Assembly: GCA_951813015.1 (NCBI GenBank)
Contig: CATOTG010000002.1
Coordinates: 325,310 to 389,309, forward strand
Source: an uncultured Thermoanaerobaculia bacterium
GTDB lineage: Bacteria > Acidobacteriota > Thermoanaerobaculia > Multivoradales > Multivoraceae
Direction: 5' to 3'
DNA length: 64,000 bases
Below, piece after piece: positions 39,645-48,799 of this stretch. The notes beneath the pieces are model-generated. The model was not told where the DNA came from. It saw nothing but the letters and a program-made list of their open reading frames with translations, and searched no databases. A program made the translations under genes and the position numbers. How positions within the stretch are numbered: position 1 is the stretch's first letter; each line of letters opens with the position of its first letter.

Positions 39645-42008
39645 TTGCAGCAGCGCCTCTTCGATCACACACAAATGCGCCCGCACCTGCGCCTCAACCG
39701 AGAGCGGCCAACCACAAAGCGCCGCCCGCCTGGCGGATTCCCTCCTTCCCCGCCTCCGCCACAGGATCCGCAGGTCCACGGAGCCTCGCTGCACCAGAAA
39801 CTGCGTTCCGCACGCGAAAAGGCCGCCGCGGCTCTCGGCGGCTACGACCAGCGACGATTGATCAAGCTCAAGCTGGCAACGCAAGTATCGCCGGAGGCTC
39901 TCGCCCGGATTTCGCCCGGGATGGAGGCAGTAAGCCAGGAGGGCGAGAAGCTGATTCTCTACTTTGCGACCGACGATGCGCTGGAGACGTTTGAGGCGAA
40001 ACTCTCAAGTCTCAGCCAAGGCGAGGCGGTAACGCGCAAGGACCTGCTCTACGCTCTCAGCGACATCGATCATTGGAGCGAGGACGACCGCACTGGCCGG
40101 AGCCTCAAGCAGCACGGTCTGCCACCGGGCAAATCGGTAACGCTCGATGTGGAGCTATGGCCGTTGGACAGCCCGCAGGCCCCAACGCTTGCCACTTTCT
40201 CCGAGTGGTTGAAGGAACGTGGCGGCAAGGTCCTGGACAAGGTGAAGAAGGCCTACCTTGTGCTGTGCCGTGTCCGTTGCGACCGCGCTGTTGCCAGCGA
40301 CCTGCTTCGACACCGGGACGTTCGCACAATCGAACTTCCTCCGCGTCTGGCCCTGCCCCGGGAGATTCTCAGCGCCGATGTCCAGAACATTCCCGAGGTT
40401 GAAGCGCCACTGACCGATGCACCCGCTATCGTGGTTCTCGACTCCGGCCTCGCTTCCGGACACCCTCTGCTCGCACCCGCCGTGGGAGATTCCCAGAGCT
40501 TCCTGCCGGGCAGGTCGGCAGCCGACGAACACGGCCACGGTACGCTGGTCTCGGGCATCGCCCTGTACGGCGACGTAGCGAAAGCAATGGGCGCCCAGAG
40601 CCTTGTCCCGGATCTGCGTCTTTTCAGCGGACGGATACTGGACGAAACGAACCAGAGCAACGAGTCCCTCGTCGAGAACCAGATCGAAGACGCGGTCCGC
40701 TACTTCGTGGATCACTACGGCTGCCGCGTGTTCAACCTCTCCTACGGCGATCCCAACAGGTCCTACGAAGGCGGCAGGATCACGGGCCTCGCTGTGACGC
40801 TGGATGCGCTGAGTCGAGAACTGGGTGTGCTGTTCGTTGTACCCACCGGCAACTACGAGGGCGGCCCTGAGGGGCCGGAAGACTGGCGAGAAGACTACCC
40901 TGACTATTTGTCTGAGTCGAGTGCCCGCCTTCTCGACCCGGCCCCCGCCTTGAATGCCCTCACCGTCGGAAGTCTGGCACGTTGGGAGAAAACGATTCAG
41001 GCCGAAAGCTATTCAGACGATCCTGCCTACCAGCCCGTAGCGCGAACCGACGAACCGTCCCCGTTTACCAGAAGCGGCCCTTCGGTGAGAGGCGCGATCA
41101 AACCGGATCTTGTCGACTACGGTGGCAATCGAGCCGTTGATCTGCGGACGGGAAGCGAACTCACCGTCGGCAGGGCCGGCATCGGCGAACGCTCGACATC
41201 TCGCGACTTCGCGGCCGGCTCGCCATTCGCCGAGGGCTGCGGAACAAGCTTCGCCGCTCCGCGAGTCGCGCATGTTGCCGCGCACCTGCTGAGGGAGCTT
41301 CCAGGCGCAAGCGCCAATCTCTGCCGCGCTCTCCTCGTCGCGCACGCGCGGACTTCGCTCGCCTGCGCTGAGCTCTTCTCAGATGACCGCGCCGCCCTCC
41401 GCCGAATCACCGGCTACGGTCTGATCGACCGCTCCGCTCTCTACCGTTCGCCCGACGATTGCGTCTCGCTCTGGGCGACGGAGTCGATGACCAACAATCG
41501 GCACCACTTCTACGAGCTGCCGGTCCCGGATGAGTTCTGGTCTTCAGGTCGCCGCGAGCGGAGGATCACCGTTGCTCTTGCCTACTCTCCCGCTGTGAGG
41601 ACGACGCGCATCGACTACCGCGCGGCGAAAATCAGCTTCAAGTTGGTACAGGCTCAGTCGCTCGACGAAGTCGCCAGCTGGTTCAGCGCGGTGGAAGACA
41701 ATCCGGGAGCAGCACCGGTTGCCGAGCTGCCCACGGGAAGGAACATCACGGAGCAAAACCGCTCAAAGGGAACAGTGCAGGCTTCGAGTTGGACCTTTAC
41801 CGTAGCGAACCAATCCAGAAAGAAAGGATCCTGGTTCGTGGTCGTCACGCGCAACGATTTCCCGTGGGGGCAGAACATCTCCAACGAAAATGAAGAATAC
41901 GCTCTCGTAGCCACGATCGCGGATCGGCAATTTGCCGAGGCGCGACTCTATTCGCAGATCCAGGTCAGACTCCGACAACGCGCTCGAGCTCGAGCGAGCG
42001 ACCGTTGA
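39645..42008 (+). CDS. Subtilisin-like S8 serine peptidase (IetS-like)
   Basis: About 780 aa, starting 10 nt after the AAA gene. Start is either TTG 39645 or ATG 39675. Catalytic triad contexts VVLDSG (Asp), HGHGTLVSG (His), GTSFAAPRVA (Ser). Confidence 0.65.
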   Translation: MQQRLFDHTQMRPHLRLNRERPTTKRRPPGGFPPSPPPPQDPQVHGASLHQKLRSAREKAAAALGGYDQRRLIKLKLATQVSPEALARISPGMEAVSQEGEKLILYFATDDALETFEAKLSSLSQGEAVTRKDLLYALSDIDHWSEDDRTGRSLKQHGLPPGKSVTLDVELWPLDSPQAPTLATFSEWLKERGGKVLDKVKKAYLVLCRVRCDRAVASDLLRHRDVRTIELPPRLALPREILSADVQNIPEVEAPLTDAPAIVVLDSGLASGHPLLAPAVGDSQSFLPGRSAADEHGHGTLVSGIALYGDVAKAMGAQSLVPDLRLFSGRILDETNQSNESLVENQIEDAVRYFVDHYGCRVFNLSYGDPNRSYEGGRITGLAVTLDALSRELGVLFVVPTGNYEGGPEGPEDWREDYPDYLSESSARLLDPAPALNALTVGSLARWEKTIQAESYSDDPAYQPVARTDEPSPFTRSGPSVRGAIKPDLVDYGGNRAVDLRTGSELTVGRAGIGERSTSRDFAAGSPFAEGCGTSFAAPRVAHVAAHLLRELPGASANLCRALLVAHARTSLACAELFSDDRAALRRITGYGLIDRSALYRSPDDCVSLWATESMTNNRHHFYELPVPDEFWSSGRRERRITVALAYSPAVRTTRIDYRAAKISFKLVQAQSLDEVASWFSAVEDNPGAAPVAELPTGRNITEQNRSKGTVQASSWTFTVANQSRKKGSWFVVVTRNDFPWGQNISNENEEYALVATIADRQFAEARLYSQIQVRLRQRARARASDR

Positions 42009-42293
42009 CCAATATGCCGCCCTCAACCTCGCCCTTCCCGTTCAACCGCCACCGTCTCGCCGCCTCTGAGCTTCTCGGAGTCCGTTCCGGCACAACATCG
42101 AGGCCCGGGCCGACCGGCGCGGGCAAGTGACGGCGTTCACCTTCGACAGCCTGACCAGCATCCCCCGCCCCGTCCCCTGCAGCGAACTTCAGAGACTGGA
42201 TTGCGTCGGTCCCGCGAACTACGTGGCGGCAGAACCGATTTCACACGATCAACTCCTGAGGATCGTTCAGGCGGGCTTCCGAGAATCGGGCTC

Positions 42294-42782
42294 ATGACCG
42301 ACATCCTCATGTCGATCAAGCCGCCGTACGTCGACATGATCGTCTCCGGCTCCAAGACGGTCGAGATCCGGAAGCGAGCTGTCCGGGTACCAGCGGGAGC
42401 AAGGATCTGGATCTACGCAACCAGTCCGCGGCGGCAGGTAGTCGCATCCGCCCGGCTCGAAGAAGTCGTGCTCGACACGGCGGACGAGATCTGGCGCACC
42501 TTCGGCGACCGGGCCGGCATCGACCGCCTCGACTTCAACGCCTACGTTGGAGACAGCAGACTCGTCGCCGCACTATCCCTGACCGACGTCACCGCACTCG
42601 CCGCGCCACTATGCCCTCGCAGCGAGACGCCGGCATTCCGCCCGCCGCAGTCCTACTCGTTCCTTCGTGATGCCGAACTTCTGGCAGCCTTGGAGGAAAG
42701 GCATAGCACGGAGCGTTCAGCAGACGAGAACCAGATCAGTCCTCCGGCGCAACCAACCGAAACGGCCTTCGCAACCCCGTAG
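42294..42782 (+). CDS. ASCH-domain (PUA-like) protein
   Basis: N-terminus MTDILMSIKPPYVDMIVSGSKTVEIRKR matches the ASCH/EVE-type beta-barrel signature. About 160 aa. Start chosen inside ORF 42201..42782. Confidence 0.6.
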   Translation: MTDILMSIKPPYVDMIVSGSKTVEIRKRAVRVPAGARIWIYATSPRRQVVASARLEEVVLDTADEIWRTFGDRAGIDRLDFNAYVGDSRLVAALSLTDVTALAAPLCPRSETPAFRPPQSYSFLRDAELLAALEERHSTERSADENQISPPAQPTETAFATP

Positions 42783-42998
42783 ATCGGGCCGTGGACTCCC
42801 GGTCCACGAGGTCCGGCGCAACTCTCACGCTCCGCCGTCGTGCTACCGTCGCTTTGACAGCCATCGTCCCCCGGTCCGCCTGGGCCACACAGTTGCGGAT
42901 CGACTGCGCTGCCGGCTCGAACTCGCGAGCCAGTTGGTCCGGGGTTGACTGCCGAGCTCTTTTCGAACAACGAAGCCGCTGGCAATTCCAAGAAAACC

Positions 42999-44156
42999 CT
43001 AATGAAACAAGGCCTCCTGCTTCGGGAGAAGCGACAGTGACCCTCCGCGCCGCCTGAGCCGTTTTTGCTGCTTTAGTTCCGCCTCTACATCTCCAAGGTG
43101 CTTCCACCTCCAGATCTTCGAGCGCAGCTCCTCCTTCAGGACGTCCCTCAAGACCGGCCCCGCCTGGAGCCTGGCCACCAACCACCGACGCAGCGGCGCC
43201 AGATCGGGCTTCTCTTCGATCAAAAGGAACTGGTTCGGGTTCTCGGATCGCCGCACGCTCATGCTGCCGCCGGGGCAAACCGTCCAGACACACTCCTTCA
43301 TCAGGTCCCGTCCGTCATCGTGATTCGTCAGATGGAGCAGAAAGAAGCGCACCGCATCGCCACCCGAGACCATCCGCACATGGGTCCACCACTTCGCGCC
43401 TACTCGATCAGCCAGCAGCTTCGCGGCCTGATCGGCCCTCTCAACCATCGTTTCGCCCCGGATGTTCCGCCACGCATCGCCTCCGAAGAGCCGGTCGAGA
43501 TTCTCGGCCTGACCGTGTCCAGCTTTGAGCTCCTGGTGCATCGCCATGTCGAGTTCGCGCCACATCACGTTGACGAAGAGCTCGACGCGCTCAAACTCCA
43601 TGATCTCCGCGAGCAGGTCGCCCGGCAAACTGAAGCCATACGGATCCACGAAGAGGAAGGCAGGCGCCATCTGCTGACCCGCTGACTTCAGGGCGTCGAC
43701 CTCCCGGCGCAACACCTCGAACGCGTCGCCCGGCTCGACATCGACGACGATCCGGCGGGGCAGATCTTCAATCCGCTCAACCTCTCCCCTCAGCTCGGAC
43801 GCGTTCTGTTCATCCAGCTCCAGAAACACGAACCGGAACTCGGAGTTTTCCAAGAGCCGGTCTCTCGCCGTGTGGTCAAGCAGCGTCCTCAGCGCCACGA
43901 GTGGCGAACCGGGATTCTCGCCTGCATAGCTACCACGCCCGGCGTGAGTGTCAAAGTACACGACTTTGCCGGACCACAAGCCGAGTTTGGGAAACCAGCC
44001 TTTCAGGTAGGCGTCAATCAGCTCGTGCTTGACCCGCTGGAAACGACCGTAGTCCCTCCAATGATCCGGCTGTGGATCGACAGATCTGTTCACAGTCCCT
44101 TGGTCCTCAGTTCGCCGGGAACTCGTCGTAAGTCCTACCCTTGAGCAGGCGCCCAT
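42999..44156 (-). CDS. Three-Cys-motif partner protein TcmP-like
   Basis: 385-aa ORF encoded immediately downstream of a Gp37/Gp68 gene, overlapping it by 14-50 nt depending on the start. An alternative GTG start lies about 21 codons in. Confidence 0.55.
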   Translation of the reverse strand: MGACSRVGLTTSSRRTEDQGTVNRSVDPQPDHWRDYGRFQRVKHELIDAYLKGWFPKLGLWSGKVVYFDTHAGRGSYAGENPGSPLVALRTLLDHTARDRLLENSEFRFVFLELDEQNASELRGEVERIEDLPRRIVVDVEPGDAFEVLRREVDALKSAGQQMAPAFLFVDPYGFSLPGDLLAEIMEFERVELFVNVMWRELDMAMHQELKAGHGQAENLDRLFGGDAWRNIRGETMVERADQAAKLLADRVGAKWWTHVRMVSGGDAVRFFLLHLTNHDDGRDLMKECVWTVCPGGSMSVRRSENPNQFLLIEEKPDLAPLRRWLVARLQAGPVLRDVLKEELRSKIWRWKHLGDVEAELKQQKRLRRRGGSLSLLPKQEALFH

Positions 44157-44832
44157 TCACATGCTTCCGCGGCCCTCCCCACTGCTTGAAGAAGAAGGGG
44201 ACGTCATCTCGCCGGCACTGAAGCAGGACATTGATCACCCACGCTTCCAGCATGGGCCGCGCTCCGGGACCGCTCTCGCCGCCGACGATGACCCAGTCGA
44301 TGCCGGTCAGGTCGAACTCCTCCAGATCCTCAAGAAGCGGTTCGATTGAGGCAAAGCGAACCGCTGCCGGCGTCTGCCGTAACGCCTGCAGCCGCGGCAA
44401 GCCCTGCCGTCGGTTCTCGACGCTCACTCCAAACCAGACGTTCGGCAACTCACCCATCCAGGAAAGAGGCCCCACAAGAAGCTCGTGCATTCGCTCGTGT
44501 CTCTTCGTGAGCACCTGGTAGGTGTGTCGCTGGACTTCGCTCATCACCCGGCCCACCTCGGCGATGTAGCTCACGGGAACCTGCGGATGGAAGAGGTCGC
44601 TCATCGAGTTCACGAACACGCGGCGAGGCCGACGCCAGCGACGCGGCTGATCAAGCTTGGCCGGTACCAGGCGAAGGTCGAAACCCTGCTCGAAGGGGTG
44701 CCTCGGGACGCCACGGAAGCGCTCCGAGAAGCGCTCTGCGTAGCAATGTGCGCAGCCTGCACTGACCTTTGTGCAGCCGAGCACCGGGTTCCAGGTCGCG
44801 TCGGTCCATTCGATCGCACTCTTCTCTGACAT
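44107..44832 (-). CDS. Phage Gp37/Gp68 family protein (DUF5131)
   Basis: N-terminus IEWTDATWNPVLGCTKVSAGCAHCYAE is the family three-Cys signature. ATG 44832 is preceded by GGAGAG. 241 aa. Confidence 0.7.
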   Translation of the reverse strand: MSEKSAIEWTDATWNPVLGCTKVSAGCAHCYAERFSERFRGVPRHPFEQGFDLRLVPAKLDQPRRWRRPRRVFVNSMSDLFHPQVPVSYIAEVGRVMSEVQRHTYQVLTKRHERMHELLVGPLSWMGELPNVWFGVSVENRRQGLPRLQALRQTPAAVRFASIEPLLEDLEEFDLTGIDWVIVGGESGPGARPMLEAWVINVLLQCRRDDVPFFFKQWGGPRKHVNGRLLKGRTYDEFPAN

Positions 44833-44868
44833 GCAGGCTCTCCAGGTGCCGGGCCTAACGCATCGCCA

Positions 44869-44898
44869 AGCCCAGCCCGTTATACAGGATCATGCATG
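44869..44898 (-). promoter_or_regulatory. Candidate sigma70-like promoter for the gp37-tcmP operon: TTGCGC-17 nt-TATAAC on the minus strand
   Basis: Read as reverse complement. The spacer contains the palindrome tcatgcatga. This is a locally AT-richer stretch in an otherwise high-GC locus. Confidence 0.3.
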
Positions 44899-44983
44899 AA
44901 AGCGCAACTAGGGCGTAACCGGAGCCGCACCATCCAAGCTCTTTGCGGAACAGGAGCGGGAGGACCGCCCGCCCGCCGGGAAG

Positions 44984-46019
44984 TTGCGCGCCGACGCACT
45001 GGCTCTGGTGGCGGAGAGCGCGCTTGCGGGAGGTCTCGATCCTGGAACCAGCGGCGACCGATACCAGGTCGTCGTTCACGTCAACGACCGTGAGTTGGAA
45101 GCCCCCGAATCCGCGGCCACGAGGAACCGGCCCGGCGTTTCCGCGGGAACGCCGCGGCAGGCCGAAGTCCAGGCCAACGGCGCGGCGGAAGTGAACGGCC
45201 GCGTTCCCGCGGGAACGTCGGTGCACCCCGAAGTTCAGGCCAACGGAGCGGCAGGAGTAGACGGCCACGTTCCCGCGGGAACGTCGGGGGACCCGGCGCG
45301 ACGCTCTGTCGCAGCCGAATCTGCCAGGACCGAATCTGCCGACTGCGAGCACTCCGCCGGCGCCTGGGTGGGCAGGTCGCATGTCCGCGTTTCCGCTGAA
45401 ACGGCTCAGGCGCATCGCCTGCGACGCCGGGAAGGTCGTCATGCGGCACCGTTCCGGGCAGATCCTGAGCGTGGGCCGCAAGACGCGGACCATCCCGCCG
45501 CCCATCCGCCGCGCCCTGGAGTTCCGCGACCGGGGCTGCCGCTTCCCCGGCTGCACCTCGCAGCACTGCGACGCCCACCACATCGAGCACTGGGCCGACG
45601 GCGGCGAAACGAAGCTCTCGAACCTCGTGCTGCTCTGCCGCCGACACCACCGCCTGCTCCACGAAGGCGGTTTCAGCCTGCGCATGGACGACCAAGGCGC
45701 CGTGGGGTTCTACAACTCGCGCGGGCGACTGCTCGAACGGAGCCCGGCGCCGCCGGTCGTCGGCGACGACGCCGCCCGGGAGTTGATCGAACACCTGGAG
45801 GATGCTGGCATCCTGATCACCGGGGACGAATCGATGCCGGCCTGGAACGGTGAACCGATGGACCTGCACTACGTCATGAAATGCCTGTGGAGACCGCCTC
45901 CGCACCTCGAAGCCATCGTGGCCCGGGAGCGGGGTACCTCCAAACAGCTCGTCGACCCGGCGCAGCCAGAGTCTCCTCACCAGACGAGCAGCTCCTCACT
46001 CTCGCCCTTCGGGCGCTAG
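44984..46019 (+). pseudogene. DUF222/HNH endonuclease (13E12-type), 5'-truncated and frameshifted
   Basis: Two frames carry homologous pieces. Frame 44984..: ADALALVAESALAGG...RYQVVVHV (DUF222 middle region). Frame 45381..46019: HNH core with CRFPGC...HHIEHWADGG...LLCRRHHRLLHEGG. No complete N-terminal domain. Confidence 0.6.
45135..45283. repeat. Tandem ~66-bp duplication carrying three copies of the 16-bp palindrome cgttcccgcgggaacg
   Basis: Palindromes at 45135-45150 (one mismatch), 45201-45216 and 45268-45283. They lie inside the HNH pseudogene. Confidence 0.6.
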
Positions 46020-46116
46020 TACAGCGAAGAGCGCGAGAGGTCGAGCAGACGGCACTGGCGGAAAAGGCTCAACGCCTCTTCGTCCCGCTTCACCATCCGC
46101 CTGCGCTCGGGCCGGC

Positions 46117-46431
46117 TCAGTGCCCGAGCCTTCTCGACAAGAAGTCCCGCTCGACCGTCAACTCCCCGATCTTCGCCTGCAGGTCCCTGACCTCCTCCTC
46201 CCGGTCACGGCGACGCTCCGGCCCCGCCGAGAAGGTCTCCTGCATCCCCTCGACCGCCTTCCGCTTCCAACTGCCGACCTGGTCCGGGTGAACGCCGTGC
46301 CGCGACGCAATCGCCGAAATCGGTTTCCCCTGGCGCAGCGCCTCGAGCGCCACCTTCGACTTCTCCTGGCTCCTCCTCTCGGTTGAGGAGTACACCTTAG
46401 CCACCTGTCCAGTTCTTCGGGGCCACCTCAT
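46117..46431 (-). mobile_element. IS3-family transposase orfA (HTH) remnant with no orfB
   Basis: 104 aa (...KVALEALRQGKPISAIASRHGVHPDQVGSWKRK...ELTVERDFLSRRLG) matches the IS3/IS911 OrfA consensus. No integrase-domain ORF or inverted repeats follow. Confidence 0.65.
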
Positions 46432-46508
46432 CGTTCAGGGTTGGACGCGAAGAGTGAGGTGGTGAGCGCGGTTGACGCCCGCCGCACCCATGTGTCACAT
46501 TTGTGCAC

Positions 46509-46748
46509 ATGGAACAGATCGGCATTCGCGAACTCCATCTGAAGACCGGCGAGTGGGTGCGGCGAGCCGCCAGAGGACGGGGCGTCGTCGTCACGGAGCG
46601 TGGCCGCCCGGTGGCTTCGCTTCTACCGTTCCGCGAAGACGCACTGGGGGTTTCCTTCGCCGACCGTCAACTGCTGCCCGAGTTCGAGGCCCTGCCGGAG
46701 ATCCGCGGCGACTCGGCCGCGGGTATCTCGGAGGACCGGGACCGCTAG
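46509..46748 (+). CDS. Type II antitoxin, Phd/YefM family
   Basis: MEQIGIRELHLKTGEWVRRAARGRGVVVTERGRPVASLLPF. 79 aa. Followed immediately by a PIN-domain gene. Confidence 0.7.
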   Translation: MEQIGIRELHLKTGEWVRRAARGRGVVVTERGRPVASLLPFREDALGVSFADRQLLPEFEALPEIRGDSAAGISEDRDR

Positions 46749-47191
46749 TGGCGTACTTCGACACCGCCTATCTGGTCAAGTGCTACGTGAAGGAGGAAGG
46801 GTGGGACAGCGTCCGAGCGTTGGCTGCCGAGCGCGGCTGGGTTGCCTGCTCGGTGTTTGGGCGCCTGGAGCTGCACGCGGCGCTGCACCGGACATTCCGT
46901 GAGGGTCGCCTCACACGAAGGGAGCTTGAGGTCGTCCTCGATCAACTGAGCGCCGACGAGGCGATGAGAATGTGGCACTGGCTGCCGCTCTCCGCGGCGG
47001 TGAGGACGGCGGTAGTTGACCTGTTCGGGCAGCTTGCACCGGGAGTCTTCCTGCGAACCGGGGACGCGGTCCACCTGATGTCGGCCAGGGAGAGCGGCTT
47101 TCGGGAGGTCTTCAGCAATGACCGACGCCTCCTGGCGGCGGCACGGCACGTCGGCATCACCGGCGTGGATGTCATCGGAGGGCGCCAGTGA
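46748..47191 (+). CDS. vapC: Type II toxin VapC (PIN domain)
   Basis: GTG 46748 overlaps the antitoxin stop as taGTG. PIN acidic residues VAYFDTAYLVK...; 147 aa. Confidence 0.7.
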   Translation: MAYFDTAYLVKCYVKEEGWDSVRALAAERGWVACSVFGRLELHAALHRTFREGRLTRRELEVVLDQLSADEAMRMWHWLPLSAAVRTAVVDLFGQLAPGVFLRTGDAVHLMSARESGFREVFSNDRRLLAAARHVGITGVDVIGGRQ

Positions 47192-47201
47192 GAAAGTCCG
47201 A

Positions 47202-47417
47202 GTGAGCGAATCGAACGACCGGGACGCCACGGCGCAGACGTCCGTCGAGGTCCGCGAGGACATCGTCGACGCCCTCAAGGTCGACCTCGTCGGCCCCGGC
47301 GCCGGCCACGAACTCGCGCGCGAGCGGTTGCCCGCAAACGAAGCGCCCTCGAAGTGGCATCTCGCCGGCTTCCTGATTCCATCCGGCACGCCGCCGGTTA
47401 AGCGGCTCAACTGCTGA
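47202..47417 (+). pseudogene. Diverged 5' fragment (about 70 codons) of a drmA paralog
   Basis: VSESNDRDATAQTSVEVREDIVDALKVDLVGPGAGHELARERLPANEAPSKWHLAGFLIPSGTPP aligns, at about 60% identity, with the N-terminus of the 1141-aa drmA at 49396 (MSEPNNHDAAAVTSLDVRRTLVEAIELDLIGPWRGHELARERLPVFEAPSNWYLTGFLIPTGTPP). It ends in a stop after 71 codons. Confidence 0.55.
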
Positions 47418-47591
47418 CGCCTACCGTCAGACAGCCATCGTTGCGCCCCCCAACGACTAGACTCGCCGCATGAGCGGGCGCGACCTCAGGAGCCCCAAGC
47501 CGACTGCAAGGCGCGTGGTTCACCGCACCGCCTCCAGTCAGTCGGTCGTCAGAGCCCGACGGTCCCGCCAGCGCGGCCCCAGAGATCCAGC

Positions 47592-48797
47592 GTGACCGCC
47601 GACCGCCGCCTGTTGACTCGCGTTGCCCTCCGCAACTACAAGAGCATCGCCGCATGCGACGTGTCGCCAGCGAAGCTGTGCTTCCTCGTAGGTCCGAACG
47701 GCTCCGGCAAGAGCAACTTCCTCGACGCGCTTCGGTTCATCGCCGAGTCTCTTCGGTCTTCGATGGATCAGGCGCTGCTCGCACGCGGAGGCATCAACGA
47801 GGTGCGGCGGCGCTCTGGTGGCCACCCGACGCACTTCACCATCCGTGTCGAGTTCGCCCTCGACGCATCGCGAGGCCACTATGCGTTCACTGTCGGGTCC
47901 AAACGCCAGGCCCGCTACCAGGTCCAGCGCGAAGAGTGTCTCGTCGTACCGACGAACGGGCAGAGCGCTCACTTCTTCAAGGTCGAGAGCGGGCGAGTTA
48001 CCAAGACGACCCTCTCGCCAGCGCCAGCGGCACTGCCCGATCGCCTGTACCTTGTGAATGTCTCCGGTCTCAAGGCGTTTCGGCCCGTCTACGACGCCCT
48101 CTCGAGGACTGGCTTCTACAACCTGAACCCGGCAGCCATACGCGACCTTCAGCCGCCCGACACGGGCGAACTCCTCAAGCGGGACGGGAGCAACATCGCA
48201 AGTGTCCTGGCCAACCTCGCCACGAGTTCGCCTCCGTCAAAACGGAAGATCGAGGAGTACCTCGGGACCGTCGTTCCTGGCATGGCGGGCGTCGGTCGTC
48301 ATCGGCTCGGTCCCAGAGAGACGCTCGAGTTCCGGCAGGAGGTGCGCGGTGCGGAGCATCCCTCGCGCTTCCTCGCCAACAACATGTCCGACGGAACGCT
48401 TCGCGCACTCGGCCTGCTCGTCGCACTCTTTCAGGGCGCGAGCAACGGCGCCGCAGGGCCCGGACTGGTGGGCATCGAAGAGCCGGAAGTCGCGCTTCAC
48501 CCCGCAGCCGTGGAAGTCCTCATCGATGCGCTGCTTGACGCTGCTGAACACGCCCAGATCCTCGTCACGAGCCACAGCACCGAACTGCTCGATCACCCGG
48601 AAATTCGGGACGACTCGATCCTTGCCGTGGTAGCAGAGCACGGCGAGAGCCGCATCGGTCCGCTGGACGAGGTTGGGCGGTCGGCGTTGAAGAAGCACCT
48701 CTTCACCGCCGGCGAACTGCTCAGAATGAACCAACTCGATCCGGATCCAGTGCTCTCGAAACCCGGGCAAATCAGGCTCTTCGGTCCCGAGCCCTAG
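47592..48797 (+). CDS. AAA_21/SMC-like ATPase (OLD/AbiL-type ATPase component)
   Basis: 401 aa. Walker A FLVGPNGSGKSNFLDAL. ABC-type signature and Walker B LVGIEEPEVALHP. Typical of two-gene ATPase plus Toprim-like systems. Confidence 0.7.
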   Translation: MTADRRLLTRVALRNYKSIAACDVSPAKLCFLVGPNGSGKSNFLDALRFIAESLRSSMDQALLARGGINEVRRRSGGHPTHFTIRVEFALDASRGHYAFTVGSKRQARYQVQREECLVVPTNGQSAHFFKVESGRVTKTTLSPAPAALPDRLYLVNVSGLKAFRPVYDALSRTGFYNLNPAAIRDLQPPDTGELLKRDGSNIASVLANLATSSPPSKRKIEEYLGTVVPGMAGVGRHRLGPRETLEFRQEVRGAEHPSRFLANNMSDGTLRALGLLVALFQGASNGAAGPGLVGIEEPEVALHPAAVEVLIDALLDAAEHAQILVTSHSTELLDHPEIRDDSILAVVAEHGESRIGPLDEVGRSALKKHLFTAGELLRMNQLDPDPVLSKPGQIRLFGPEP

Positions 48798-48799
48798 CC

